64,000 bases of DNA, taken from contig OZ024750.1 in NCBI GenBank assembly GCA_964016885.1, positions 23,932,001 through 23,996,000 on the forward strand, written 5' to 3'. Below, piece after piece: positions 32,301 to 46,500 of the stretch. Each line of letters starts with the position of its first letter. The first letter of the stretch is position 1. The notes beneath the pieces were generated by a model, which worked only from the letters and a program-made list of their open reading frames with translations, ran no database searches and was not told where the DNA came from. The translations under genes and the position numbers were made by a program. This stretch comes from Eledone cirrhosa (Eukaryota).

Positions 32301-35300
32301 TACTATATGTGTATTTCCAGTACGAAAACTAAAAATGTTTCTTATACCACTATAGCTTAGCAATATCTACTATTTTTGTTAAATATCATACTGTTTATTA
32401 TTGATTTAAAAAAAAAATCATCTTGGCCTTGGTGTGTTTGACTCATGGTCTCTATTCCTGAACTAGCCAGTGTGTTGTGTTCTTAAGCAAGCCGTTTAGA
32501 ATTCGCCTTGGTCTGGTCCAGGTTAGCCCATGCAGTGGACTGACATCCAGCTCTCTTCATGCTATGAGCTGTAGCAGCAGCCTCTAATTTAGTAGAATCC
32601 ATATTTGACATAAGACAAGGCGTGTTTGCATTAGAAAAGGATGGGTAAAGTGTTTTTCAAATACCATTCAGCTTAAATTAGTAAGTGAAAGTGTAATAGC
32701 ATATTATAGTTTATGTGAATCCAGTTGAGTAATTTCTATGAATAGTCATGGAACTATATTTTTCTTTACAGCAAAAAATGGATAATCGGGAATATAAATC
32801 AGCTGCTGAGTTTGCTGAGGAAGTGCGGACTATTTTCACAAATTGCTACCGATATAATCCTCAAGACAGTGATGTGGTGATGATGGCAAAAAAATTACAG
32901 GTAGAGCTTTATATATTTTAAATACTAATTTTGTTGATTTCTTTGTTATTTTTTCCCTTATTTTGTTTTTACTTAGAATTTCACTTTCAGCTTTATCCAT
33001 GACAAATTTCTATTGCTTGATATCCTGCCTGCTGCCAACCCATATTTTTCAGTATGCTAAAGATTCACTAACTTAACAGTGTTTTGGAAAACATGCACAT
33101 ACATACAAACATACTTATGGTTCTATGATACAAAGCTGTTTATTTTAAAGCACTTATATTTATCTGAAAACATATAATAATAATTTTATATAAGAACCTT
33201 TGGTTAGTTTGAAACACCAGTTTAACTCACTTACTCTACTATGTGTTCCAGCTGACAGGCTGGAACATGTAGTAGAGTAATTGAGTGACTTCTTTTAGAA
33301 ATATAGTAATGAAAGGATGCTTTTAAGTGGCCACATGTTAGCATGGTTGTTGGTGTGTCAGATTAATCTGTTTGTTCTGGTTCACTATACTCTGTGTTAA
33401 AATCCCACTGAGGTTACTTATGAAGTACCAGTTCAGGGGCAGTGGATTGGTAGAATTGTTAAAGAATCAGATGGAGTGCTTTGTGGTATCTGATCAGGCT
33501 ATGTATGCTCTAACTTAATTCCTAGCTCCTGCTGCCAATAGTTGTGGCTGATAGATAATATCAGCAATGGAAAGACAAGTGGAACATTTTTTTTTTTTTT
33601 TTTCAAATTTTAATGTCAGGATTAAACTATGTAGACTTTGAAACTCTCTGTTAGGGGTTGTTATTAAATATATTTAGTATTGTATAGAACAAAATACATG
33701 TTGATCTCTGCAAAGGGGATTTTGAAAACATATGTATTGTTAAATTTGATAATTTGCAGGATGTGTTTGAAATGAAGTATGCTAAGATGCCTGATGAAAC
33801 ACCATCAACCCCTGAGCCACCAACACCCACTACACACCCCAAAACAGAGGTATCATCAAGTGATGCCCCATCATCAGAATCAGCATCTAGCAGCGAAAGT
33901 GAGGATGAAAGTGAAGATGAAAGAGATAAAATGATCCGGCAGTTACAAGAACAAGTAAGTATTATGAATTACACAAGTTTACTTTCATATATACCCAAAA
34001 CCACTGAAGCTTCATGGTCTAGTAAAGATACTGGGCTCACAATTGAAAGCTCATGAGTTTGATTCTTGGACTGACTTGTGTGTTGTATCCCTGAGGTGAA
34101 CACTATTTCATGTTGTTCCACTTCACTAGATTGAAAGATTGAGTTGAGCCTTGGAGAGGTAAAACTACAATCAGTCAGCCATGTGTACAAAACTAGTTAT
34201 GACGAAAGAGGGCCCTTTCCTTTATTTCCCCAAACCAACACCAAAACAAAATTAAAACTAAGCTACCAGACACATGTCGGATATCTTACAAAACATATAA
34301 CACCCATTACAAACAAACTCTTCTATTAAATAAACTTGTGTTTTGATGTGGCTTATAAAATTTTAAATTCAATCATGGGGTCTTGGGTTTGCTTTCTAGA
34401 TTGAGCAGTGCACTTTACTTCTGAGCAAGATGCTTTATTTCATGCAGCTGAAAGTGGGGTTTAACTACTGCAGTGAATTTGTGTCCAATTTTCATCTTAG
34501 GAATGGTGCTCCTATCATGAAAACACCTGACAATCCTATGAAATTCCTACCTAACAACAACAACACTACCAAACATTTAAATTTATGCTAGATGACACCT
34601 GTATGCACATGCTCTGTGACATTTTGAATATGTCCTTGAAAGAATATGTTACCAAAGAGTATGCCAATAATACACTATTGAAAATTTAGTATTGTATATC
34701 CCCTGCCTGTTATAAAATTTGAATGGACATCCACATCAGGGATTGGAGTCCTTTAAAACACACAAGAAACCTTGTATGAGGTACAACTTTGTGGGAGCAG
34801 TGGACAGCTAAACCTACATAAGTGTGAGCTGTAATAACATCTACAATATTTAATGTGTTATAACATTTGTTCTTCTTTCTTATATCTGTCTAGGTCCGGG
34901 ATATACAAGAAAAATTAGGAATTCTGACACAGGAATGTTTGAAAGAACGCAAAGAAAAGAAAAACAAAAAGAAAAAGAAAGCCAAAGAAAAAGAGAAGGA
35001 GAAGGAGAAAGAAAAAGAGAAAGTAATTGAAATTCCCCCTCCGCAACCCCCACCTGCCCCAGTACAACAGCCTCCTGTTGAACAACAACCTAAACCACCT
35101 AAATCTTCTAAACCTAAATCAAAGCAAAAATCCCCATCAAGTAAAAATAAGCGAACTAGTAATCGATCTTCCAGCTCGAAGAATCGAAGTAAACCTGCCA
35201 CCCCTGGTTCTTATGACAGTGATGATGATGACAATGCAAAGCCAATGACTTACGATGAGAAGAGGCAGCTAAGTTTGGATATTAACAAATTACCGGGTAG

Positions 35301-35395
35301 GTTGGCCATTTTTTTAATATATCTTTAAATCTCTTTTCTGATTTTGTTTCATACATTGTAATTTCAGCTTACACTTGGCCTGATTTTGTCTCTCT

Positions 35396-35486
<91 letters not shown>

Positions 35487-38400
35487 CCAAGGACACCTTT
35501 CACCACTGTAAATAAAGACCCCCCCCCTCTCTCTCCTCAACATGGCCGTCTTTAAATAGCCCCAGAACTCTCCTATTTTAGGGGAGAGAACTATATGTTG
35601 ACATGCTCAGGGAGCTATGTATCAAATTTAAACAAAATCAGATGGAAACTGGAAATGCATCGCCTGCATACAGATAGCCAGACAGACATTTTCATTTTTA
35701 TATATATAGATGGTGCAGTTAGTGCACTCTGTAAAATGTTACTGCCGCTATAAAATGCACCCAGTACATTCTCTCGTGTGGTATTGCTGGTGCCATAATA
35801 AAAATGTGCCCAGCATATTCTGTAAAATGATTGGCATTAGGAAAGGCATCCATTTGTAAAAAAACCATGCTAATGTCTCCAACTTGTCCAACACATGTTA
35901 ATATGGAAAATAATTGTTTCTACTTTTGGCACAAGCCCAGTACATTACTGGTACTTTATTTTATTGACCCCGTAAGGATGAAAGGCAAAGTTAACCTCGA
36001 CGGGATTTGAACTCGGACCGTAAAGGGACGTAACTATGCTAGAAAGCATGGCGTCCGACCCTCTACCGATACTGCCAATTCACTGTCAATGTATAAAGTA
36101 TAATGTTGTGAGACATGGGCTTTGGATGCAGAAGATTTGCAGTAGCTAGAATTAAATGAGGCTTACCTGCTCTGTTGCATGTGGAATATTAGTGTGCATG
36201 AACAATGGAGCAAAGCTGAACTGAAAGAAATGCTGGTTGTGAGAGGAACCAGACATAATGTAAAAGAAAGTAAGCTATATTGGTGTGATGTGCATTAATG
36301 AAACCTGTATAAAGAAATACTGAGTGCTTCAAGTAGATATAACTTTTGGAAGCGGGAGTCCTAGAAAGACATGTTAAGACTGACTGTAAGAAGGTTAACC
36401 TTAAAGAATACGACAGGATTATTATGATTTATGATACATGATGCTAAAGACCCTCCCTCCTAGTTAAACAAGGCAAAATACTTGTTAGAATAATGTTGGA
36501 TAGTCTCTTGCTTGCTGTATATACTAATATTCAGCTCCTATCTCCATCTACTACTCTCACGATTCTCACTTTTTTTTTCTATTCACTGTACCAAGTTACC
36601 GAGATAAAACATTCAACTTGTCCGTCTCTACTATCACTCCTTCTATCTTTACTAAACCACATTCTCTATCCTCTCTGTGACTTGCCTACTGCTAACCACT
36701 GACTATCACTCCTATTACTTTTCACTGCTAAATGGCATTCTCTATCATCCATGTGATTTCCCTTGCCACAGTAAAATTCATTTGGTACATTCTGCATAGT
36801 GCTTGACTATTTTTTGGTTGTACCTTGATAAAATGCACCCAATAAACTTTGTAAAGAAGTTGACATAAGGAAGAGCATCCATCCAAAGAAACCATGACAA
36901 AATATAGCGAATAAGCAAAACTTGGTCCCTCGACTCTACAATAATCTGAATAAGTGACTTGCACTCTGACACCTTGTCCAACCCATGCCAGCATATTACA
37001 CGTGTGTATGTATGAAGGCATGGGCTGGATGATGCATCATAATTCAAAACTATACCTCTTGCTTATACTTCCACTGCTGGGTGCATTTCATCAACAATTC
37101 TAGAGAAGTTGTCAGGCCCTTGACCGCTCTACTCTTTTTTGGTATGGTTTCTACAACTGGATGTTTTTCCTATAACAAACAACCTTACAATGTAGTGAGT
37201 GCATTGTTTGTAACACCAGCACCAAAGTGGTTTTTGTGTTATGACTAAAGAGTCTTCTCAACCCTTTTTGGCATGCTTTTTGCAGCTGAAAGCTGCTCTT
37301 AATACCAAATACAAAGCACAAGTAACTATTAATCATGTCTATTGCTCTAAATGGTAGTGACTTGGTAGAATCATTAGAACATTAGACAAAATGATTAAAA
37401 GTATTTGTTCCAAATCTGCAGTGTGTGTTCAAATCTCGAGGTCAATTTTGCCTTTTCAAATTCTGCTGTGGTATACTTGAGTCATATAGTTAATATTTTA
37501 TTCATTTTAACACTGCCACCTGGCCCTTGGATACCTTCAGGAGAATTCACTTTGTTGCAAGTGTTTGAAGATACTTGCCTCCCACCATTCTTGGCAGTTC
37601 TGAAATAGGTCATGGGCACTGTCCTTCCTTTTCTGACTGGAAGGAGAGAGAACAAATTACGTTTCTTTATGTTTCTTTGTTTTATTTCATGCATCTTGTG
37701 ATTACTTTCTAGAATTATCTAACTATTACATATTATAATAGTTCCGGAGTTTCTTATACATTTTCTTTTTTGATAACAAACTGCCTGAAACCATTCTTAA
37801 TTCAACATTACAAAACTTTAACATATTAATATTTATCTAAAAACCTGCCATCATAATTTCATGTAAAACCTTTGTTACATTATGTACCAAGCACCAGCTA
37901 AATAATGGGAAAATTAGTTGTGTTACTAAATCCCTTCAAATAATCCTTAATTATTTTCAAATGTGTGGGTGTCACAACAAAAATCACCCAGCCCACACTG
38001 TAAAGTGGTTGTGTAGGAGTCACGACAAAAATTAGAAATACTGTAAGAAAAGGGTTGATTATAGAATTAAACTGATCTTAGTGCTTTGATGAAATGTGTG
38101 TATTAAAACTGTATTATAATTGGTATTCACTCTGCGTTAAGAAAACATATGCATGCATAGTCCCGTAACTCCTGAGGGAGCCATAGGGGTGTTGTATCAA
38201 CATTCATTTTTAGGGCATTTTTAAACCTGGCAGAGCCCAATCCTTTCCAGGTTTGAATACAGATTTCTTCCAGAGAAGATAGATGGAAATGAGAAAGAGA
38301 TATAGAGGAAGAATCAACCCTAGTATTAGGCTGCTACTTTTTTTCTTTACCGACCTCGAATGAATGAAAGACAAAGTTGACTCTGGCGGGATTTGAACTT

Positions 38401-41400
38401 GAGAGCAGAGAGTCGAAATGAATAGCGCAAAACATTATATCTAATGTTCTAACGACTCTGCCAATCTCTTTCTCTGTGCTGGTTGCTTTTTTGTTGTGAC
38501 ACCCACACGACCACTTTACAGTATGGGCTGGATGCTTTTTTGTTGTGATACTAGCATAACTTCACAGCGTAAGGGTGGTGTGGACGTGGGTATAGTGGTT
38601 AAGAGGTGCCTACTAAACGTATGTTTGAGTCCGTGCGCATGGGAAGGCATGTCTTCTGTATTTCTGTATAATGCCACAGATCTCTATCCTGTGTCCATTG
38701 TCTTTGAGAGTTGCAATTGTGCAAGGTCAGCTTTTATCACCTTGACCTGGGTCTTCCTACTCCATAGCTTCCATCAATTTTGATTGCCCTGCACCTTTTT
38801 ATACAGCTATTGCCCTTCATACACATCACGTGACCATACCAATGCAATCTCCTCTGTCGAGTACTGCATCTGATCCCTCTTATGCCTAATTTCTCTCTCA
38901 CGTCTTCCACTCATACAAAACAATGTATGCAGTTCTCAATCAGCCAGCTTTAATCCTCATCCTGCATATATTCTCAGTCAATCAGGAATAGTGAATTAAA
39001 AGCATCTGCCTGTTAAACTGTATTTCAACATACAGTAGTTGTAGCTTTACATGCAGTGTACATTTGTATATGTATATATATTTATATAAATATATAATCA
39101 TAGTATAATAAACCTTTTAAGGAATTACACCAGTCCAGCCTCCTGTTATTTTATAATAATTAACTCCGTACTCGCACCACCAGCAACACAAACGAAGACG
39201 GGTGAGTTGCATTATGTCGAGTGCTCTCCATAATATTACATCGAGGTTAACCATATGGAATGACCAGTTCTTTCCAGTGGTGAACCTAAATAAATATATA
39301 TATATATATAGTGAATGTGCGTAGTCTGGTGATTAGGGTGTTGAATGCACGATTATAGTTAATGCTCCAATTACTGGACTGAATAGCATATTGTATTGTT
39401 GAGGAACACACTTCATTTCATGTTGCTCTTCATGATGGGGCTTCATTAATACACCTACAAAGCCTGCTATTAGATACAACTGCTAAATCTTCATGGGTGT
39501 GTAGAGGTAGCTTAAGCATGGTACATGGAATGGTTGGAATTGGGGCTGTGTTTTAAGTCCATTTTCACCGCTAAAGTAGAGAGAGAGTCTTGCAGGCCCC
39601 ATGGAATGTTCTATTGACGAGCACTTTTCCTTGTGCCAAATTTTTTCATCACCTTATATAACACAGAGGGTATGTGACCAAAGCTATTAAGCAGCATTAA
39701 TAAAATAGCTTTAGAATGTGGTTTACTTTTAAACTTAACTTGGCCATTTTGTCACGTTTTATGTTGTATTTATTTTGATTTAATTTTATACCTGTATTGT
39801 ATTTGTCTGAATTATGTATTGGTATGCTGTACAATTTATGCATGTATATATTGTAGTACAACAGAAAATTGGATTTTAGAATGTGTAAAAGATATTTCTA
39901 AGAATTTTTCAATTTACAAGCTTGAAATGTTCAAATTTTATGTGAAACTATTTTAAATGAACTTATCATATGCTTTAGCCTTTTGTGACTATATTTCTCT
40001 GGAAAATTTTATTGAAATAGCTTTTTCATTTATTGGTATATTAGTGTTCTGGAGAGAACTGAAAAGGGTTCATCATCATCATTCATCATTTCATTTTATG
40101 TCCACTTTTCCCTGCTTGCAAGGGTGGGACGGGAACTGATTCTGGCTTGATTTCTACAGCTGGATGCCCCTCCTAACACCAACCTCATTTACAGTGAATG
40201 CTGGGTGTTTTTTTTTTTTTCCGTGGCACCTACACATCCACTTTACAGTGTGGGCTGGGTGCTTTTTTGCAGTGGAATGATAGGGACGCCAGTCCCTACC
40301 ATCTCATTTCTACAGCTGAGTAAACTGGAGCAATGTGAAATAAAGTGTCTTGCTCAAGGAAACAACACATCACCCGGTCTGATAATTGAACTCACAACCT
40401 TTTGATTGCAAGGCCAATGCTCTAACCACTAGGCCATGTGCCTCCATATTAATAGAACTAGAAACATCTGAAAATAGGTGGTCATATATCCTAGAATAAG
40501 CGGTTAGGGTGTTGAACTCACAATTGTAAGCTCGCGTGTTTGATTCCTGGATTTGGTAGCACATTTCGGAGCCCTTATTAAAACACTCAGTAAACTTCCC
40601 TTGAGATACAATCTCAAAGGAAGTCTACTAAATCCACATAGATATGAGCTGTAAATTCCATGAATTTAATACCAATGCACTAGAAGAGATGGGATACTTT
40701 GTGATATGCATCCAGGCTCTGTACCTTCTAAGTTAAAATCCTGCCTCATGTTACTGGGAAGAAGACATTGGCGCTTTTACCAGCGGTTGCACAGCCTGAG
40801 TAGTATCAGCACTTGAAATTAGGTTTCTTTGGTCCAATGTGACAATTACTGCTATTACATATTATTTAAGGCCAACCTTTATTTATATAGAATAAAATTT
40901 TGTAATTATTGTCTACTACAGTTACTTTTTATTGTTTTTTTTTTAACTATAAGGTAAAAATGAATGGAAAGTATTTGGTGTATGTTTTGTTTATTTAGAA
41001 TATATATTTAATAATGATTTGTATCATTTCTTTTAACCCAGGTGACAAGCTGGGTAGGGTTGTACATATTATTCAGTCCAGAGAACCGTCCTTGAGAGAT
41101 TCAAATCCTGATGAGATAGAAATAGACTTTGAAACATTAAAGCCCTCAACACTTCGTGAGCTAGAATCTTACGTGATGTCCTGTTTAAAGAAGAAACCAC
41201 GAAAACCTTATATACGTAAGTATTTAAGATCATTTTTATCATCTCATCATTTCATAGTAATTTTCTATGGATGTGGAACAAGTGTACAACATTATATTTT
41301 TAGGGTGCTGAAATATTTTTCTATTATTGTTCTTCTATTAGGGTTTCTAATATATTAGAGGAGGCATGTAGCTTAGTAGTTAGAGTATTGAGCTCAAAAT

Positions 41401-43598
41401 AGCAGTGTTGCGGGTTCAATTCCTTGAGACCAGCTAAACTTGCATGGGTGTGAGCTGTAACAACAGAATATGAATGAGTCATCGAGGAACATAGCTGGGC
41501 AGAAAAAGTTATATGCTGAAAAAAAAAAGTGAACTATTACCTGCAGCTACTGGCCCCACACATGATAGCATGGTTGAGGTGGTGTGTTCATGTGTTTGTA
41601 CATGAATTATAAATATGGGTGTAAAAAATATTTTTTCATACTGCCACAGTTCATTCAAAGCAACAATGGCAGTTGCTTCCAACCTTTTCACTGCTAAAGA
41701 CCCCTTTTATTTAGATACATTTTTTTACTTACACCTCTTACCCTGCTACAATTACTCTTATCTCAGATTGTTATACAGGAAAAATAACAATAAAAAAAGA
41801 GAAATGGACATAATTAGAGAAGAGTGGGTACCCAATAATGTGTGCATATGTTCTTAACAAAGTACTTGAAATTTGTTGACAGTCCTTTCTAGGTTGGGAA
41901 CTTCTGGGTTAGGGGCATTAGAAATATCTAAAATATCTAAATGCTGATTGTGAAAAATGAAAAATTATTGTTTCTTTGAATTTGGATTATAGGATACAAG
42001 AGTTGATCATAAAAAAATAGCTTTGAACTTAGAAACTTGAAGTTGCTTAAATATATGCAAAGGGCTGTATGGTTTTCTAAATGTGACTTAACAAAAAAAA
42101 TCATGAAAGATTTGTATTTCATTGTTTATAGCAAAGAAACTTCCTGGTAAAACTAGGGAAGAAGCTCAAAGAGAGAAAAAGCAAGAATTGGAAGCAAGAC
42201 TCAAAGATGTAACAGGACATCTGATAAGTTCAAAAAAACCAATAAAGAAAGGTAATTATATATATATTTGTGCAAAAAAAATTATAGATATAATATTTTA
42301 TTATAGAAGTGATAATTTCTGTTTTTATAAATAACATAGTTTTATATCCTTGTTTATGGAATGGACCCCTTTTGGTTTTGATGATGAGTACTTCTCAGTC
42401 AGTGGAACAGCCTACTCTTGAAATCAATGTGCAAGTACTTGACCGTTCCACATGTGTACCCATAACATAATTCTCAGGGTGATTTAGTATGACAAAGCTG
42501 GCCTTTTGAATCACTGCTACAGTCCATTCAACAGTGTCCATTTACCCAATTTCACTCAAGGCTTTGGTTGACCTTGATCAAATGACATTTGACCAAGGTG
42601 CCATGGAGAATTGGCAGTCGTTTTAGCAAAGAGAAAAAGGCCTTGCAGTATTTGTTCTGGCTCTCTGCACCCTGAGTTCAAACAAATCCCAATGTCAATT
42701 TTGCTTGCCCCTCGCCCTTTCAAGGTTGATAAAATATAGTACTATTCCAGGATGGTGAATTGACAGAATTGTTAATGTATTGAAGATGCCTTGCAGTATT
42801 TGTTTTGAGTCTTTGCATTCTCTGTTCAAATACCACTGTGACCTGCTTGTGTGGTAAGCTTAATCTGTCAAACAACAGGTGCCTTTTGTGGATTCCACTC
42901 TGTTGCAAGCATTTATTTTAGACAGGGTCTCTGGTTAGTGGCTACCCTCCTCCTCCTTTCCCTCCCCCATAATAAAAAAAAAAAGAATGAAACTATGTAA
43001 CACTTGTTTCAATCCTGAAAGATTTTTTTTGTTTTTGTTAGTTAAATGTATAGTTTTTACTATTTATTTCTTAATACTCTGTAATGATTTATCAGAAAAT
43101 ATTCCCAAACGGGTCAATTAATTGTATTTTTATTAATGTGCAGTGTTAGAGTAAAGACTTGAATTTTTATTATGACACAGTCAGTAATGCTGCTTTGTAC
43201 TTTTTTCATCAATGTTATGCTATTATGGTTTCATATTACACAGGATATTAAGAATTAATGCATATTTTTTACTATTTAACTTGCTGATACCAAACTACCT
43301 GAAACTGGTTTCCAGTTCTACAATACCATGCTATGTATTTTAAAAAGTTTATATCTATTTTCTCCATTAATCTACATATAGAAATATGAAAGGGTTAATC
43401 TACATGCCTAATGATTGTACTTCAATGGAGAACTTTTCTTTTTCTACCTTTTTTTTCTTTGCAGAGGAAAGCAATGTTGTTGATGTTATTGGTGGTTCTC
43501 GTCTGAGTGCGACCAGCTCCAGCTCGTCAGACTCAGATACGAGCAGTGATACAAGCTCATCAAGTTCTTCAGACTCCAGTGACTCTGAATCAGGTTAG
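17031..43598 (+). CDS. BRD4: BET short isoform (about 775 aa) ending ...[10 protein letters not shown]
   Basis: Read-through of the donor at 43594 gives GGT TAG. This parallels BRD4-S and fs(1)h-S, which end after ET/SEED. Confidence 0.75.
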
Positions 43599-46500
43599 AC
43601 CAATGACAACACTCCTGCACTATTTCCAGTGCTGCCACTCTAACTTGTAGTCTCCAAGGATCAAATATGAAGAAACGAAGTGAAACTTTAGAAAATGATA
43701 ATATGGCCAATTTACTGGTTACATAAACATTTTTACTGGAAGTTTTCATGATCGTTGCCAACTCGTCTCTTTGTTGTACGAGTGGAAAACCCAAAGATGA
43801 CAGGCTGATCGATTGCGGGCTGTGTGTAGTGTACTTGTAGGAATATTGGGGTGTTAATTTCCAGACTATTTTTCTGGATGTGACAAGGCAAGTTGTACGG
43901 AAGAACAACTTACCTTTTTTAGCCAAGAGTGCAGAATGTGTTTGTAGTATGAGGCTAGCCATCAGTGTGGCTGGTTCCCATCCTGACATACATATGTAGC
44001 CTAGTCATCTCCATTGTATAATTATACCACATGCTCACATTTTCAAAAGGACAGGTCTATCTTGTGTATATATCAAAGGACAAATATGTGCTGATATATT
44101 ACAGTAATATGTTTTAGCATATATTTATCTTTACATATATACACCAGATTTTTTTTTCTTTTCCTTTTTTTTTCTTTTTTTTTTTTTTTTACTTTTTTAA
44201 TTTCTCTACAAATCATGTTTCATCCTTCTGGTATGATAGGGTGTGTCATTTCTGAAAACATTTCATTTCTTTCATTCTAAGTTCTTAAAAATCAGGTGTC
44301 TGCTGGGTGTGCATGGGTGTTCACCTTTCAACTGGAAATTAGAGCCAGCCACTAATGACTTTAAAAAAAAAAGTGGAAGATGTGTGACCAGAATGTAAAT
44401 TTGTAACATGAAAAAGTAGGCTGCTTATATGAAGCAGCTTTATCTACTTTGGTTGGCAGGTATATGGTGAAAGGCAGGCTTCTAAAAGTGCTGATACAAT
44501 AATAGTAAAGAATAAAGACTGGCCTCTGCTGCAACACATTTCTTATGCACTCCATGGCTCATTAATGAGTATTTTGTTTTGCATTCCTCTCAATACAAGT
44601 CCATAAGCTTCATTTTTCTATTGTCAGGTGTTTTGATCATCTGTCATTTTTAAGAGAGACTATCTGCTGTTGCAGGTCATATCTTGACACAAGTAGTCAT
44701 CTTCGAAACCTTGGCCTGACTCTGTGTACCTTTGTGGTGTCATTAACTGTATGTATATATATATAAAAAAAAATCCAAAAAAAAAATAATCAAAAAAACC
44801 CTCAGTACTACTGTAGTGAATAGTTCACCATTTGTACCTTATTCAGTATTGTAAATCCTACATCATTATACCTCATTTTGTATATACATCTAATGGTCGT
44901 CATCATGTGCAGCATAAATCTTTTAAAACAAATAAAGAAAAAGGATCGAATTTTTTGTGTGTGTGTTGTTTACTGGCCTCTTAGTTTGGGTTGCCTCTTA
45001 CTAAAAACAACACATTCTGCACTCATGGCTTGAACGGTTAAATTTTGATAATGGGGGAAGAAATAGATTTGCAGTGGGACCGTTGGTTTTTTTCTTCTTT
45101 TTTTTTTTTTAAATTATTACTTTCTCTAACTTAGGAAAAATATTATATAAATGATAATTTTTATTTTATCCTTGAAAGAGTAAAAAAAAAAAGTACAACA
45201 TATAATAAATAAATGTTTATTTGTCTATTATATGTCTCTATAATGACACGGTATAAGAATGAATATCTTTATTTTATTAAGAAAGGTAATTTGTCGAGTA
45301 AATATTGCTTTCCTTCTTAGGGAAATCTGTTTTCATTTAACCATGCTCCTTATGGTGTGAGGTTGATTAACCTCCATTCCTTTTGCTTGACTGATCCATT
45401 CAGCCAGGTAGGTTACCTATTGTTCAATTGTGAATTATTAGTAGTTATTTGCTGGCAGCTTCTATTGTGTGCACCACTTGTGGCAATTTGTTGTCTGAGC
45501 AGAAAATCTGTTATATAATTTTCTTTCAATCATATATATTATTCGAGAAAAAAAAAAACATATATATATATATGTATATATATATATCTATATCTACTCC
45601 CAATAAGACTTAGCTTACTTAGCATTCCATTGAAATATTCCATCTACTACATGCCAACATGACAAATTAAAGACAGTGTAAATTGTTTTTGCACCACTGT
45701 TCCTTGTTGATCACCTTGTCTACTACTATATTTTTTCTGTGCCCCTTCCCCTCCTTTATTTGCAGAACTGAGTCTTTCTTCTGCTGTCTTCTTCCTTTCC
45801 ATTCCACTCTGCACCACTTCAAATCATGGTGTTGCCCAGTGGATAATGTTTTTTGTGTTTATATATTTGAGTTTTTAAAAGAAGAAAAAAAAGAAAAAAA
45901 AAAAGAAAATCTTAATTAGGTTAGTTGAGGTCATCTCATGTTTTCCTCTTGACCTATTTTGTTTAGATGACTACTCGTTGATATTTTTGTTTTACAACCT
46001 TAGTTGTTTCCAATGTGCATCTGTTCACTGCCAGCATTGCCTAAAATATTTAACTCCTTTGTTTACTTTCGGAGCAAAAACATGTCGTTGATTGTACTAT
46101 AAAGTCCTATCTGCTGTTATTTTGAATATATATACATATATATATATATATGCATATATATATATATATATTAAAAAAAAAAACATTTAAATATATGTTA
46201 GTATGTTTGACTAGCATATTTTCCAGATGTCATTAAAAACAAATACATTTGTATTGCTATTACAGTATTGTAAATGTAATGCCAGGTTATACTGTACAGA
46301 GTTAAAATTGTCTGTATTCAGCTTTTGTATAATATATCCATCTAGGCTAATGGAGCACACTCGTACATTACTGTTCATACGTAGTATTTTTCTTCGTAAT
46401 TTCTAACTTGTTTTGGTTTTATCTTTAGGGTAGCATTATTTAAATTTATATCTTACTGACATCAACCATTGTGTCTGAAACTCTTCACCAGCTCATAAAG

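Noticed and set aside
34890-35201. Minus-strand 103-aa ORF
   Set aside because: Antisense shadow of the Lys/Pro-rich BET exon.
43486-43989. Minus-strand 167-codon ORF overlapping the SEED exon and UTR
   Set aside because: No recognisable domain or splice support; most likely a chance antisense frame, though not formally excluded.
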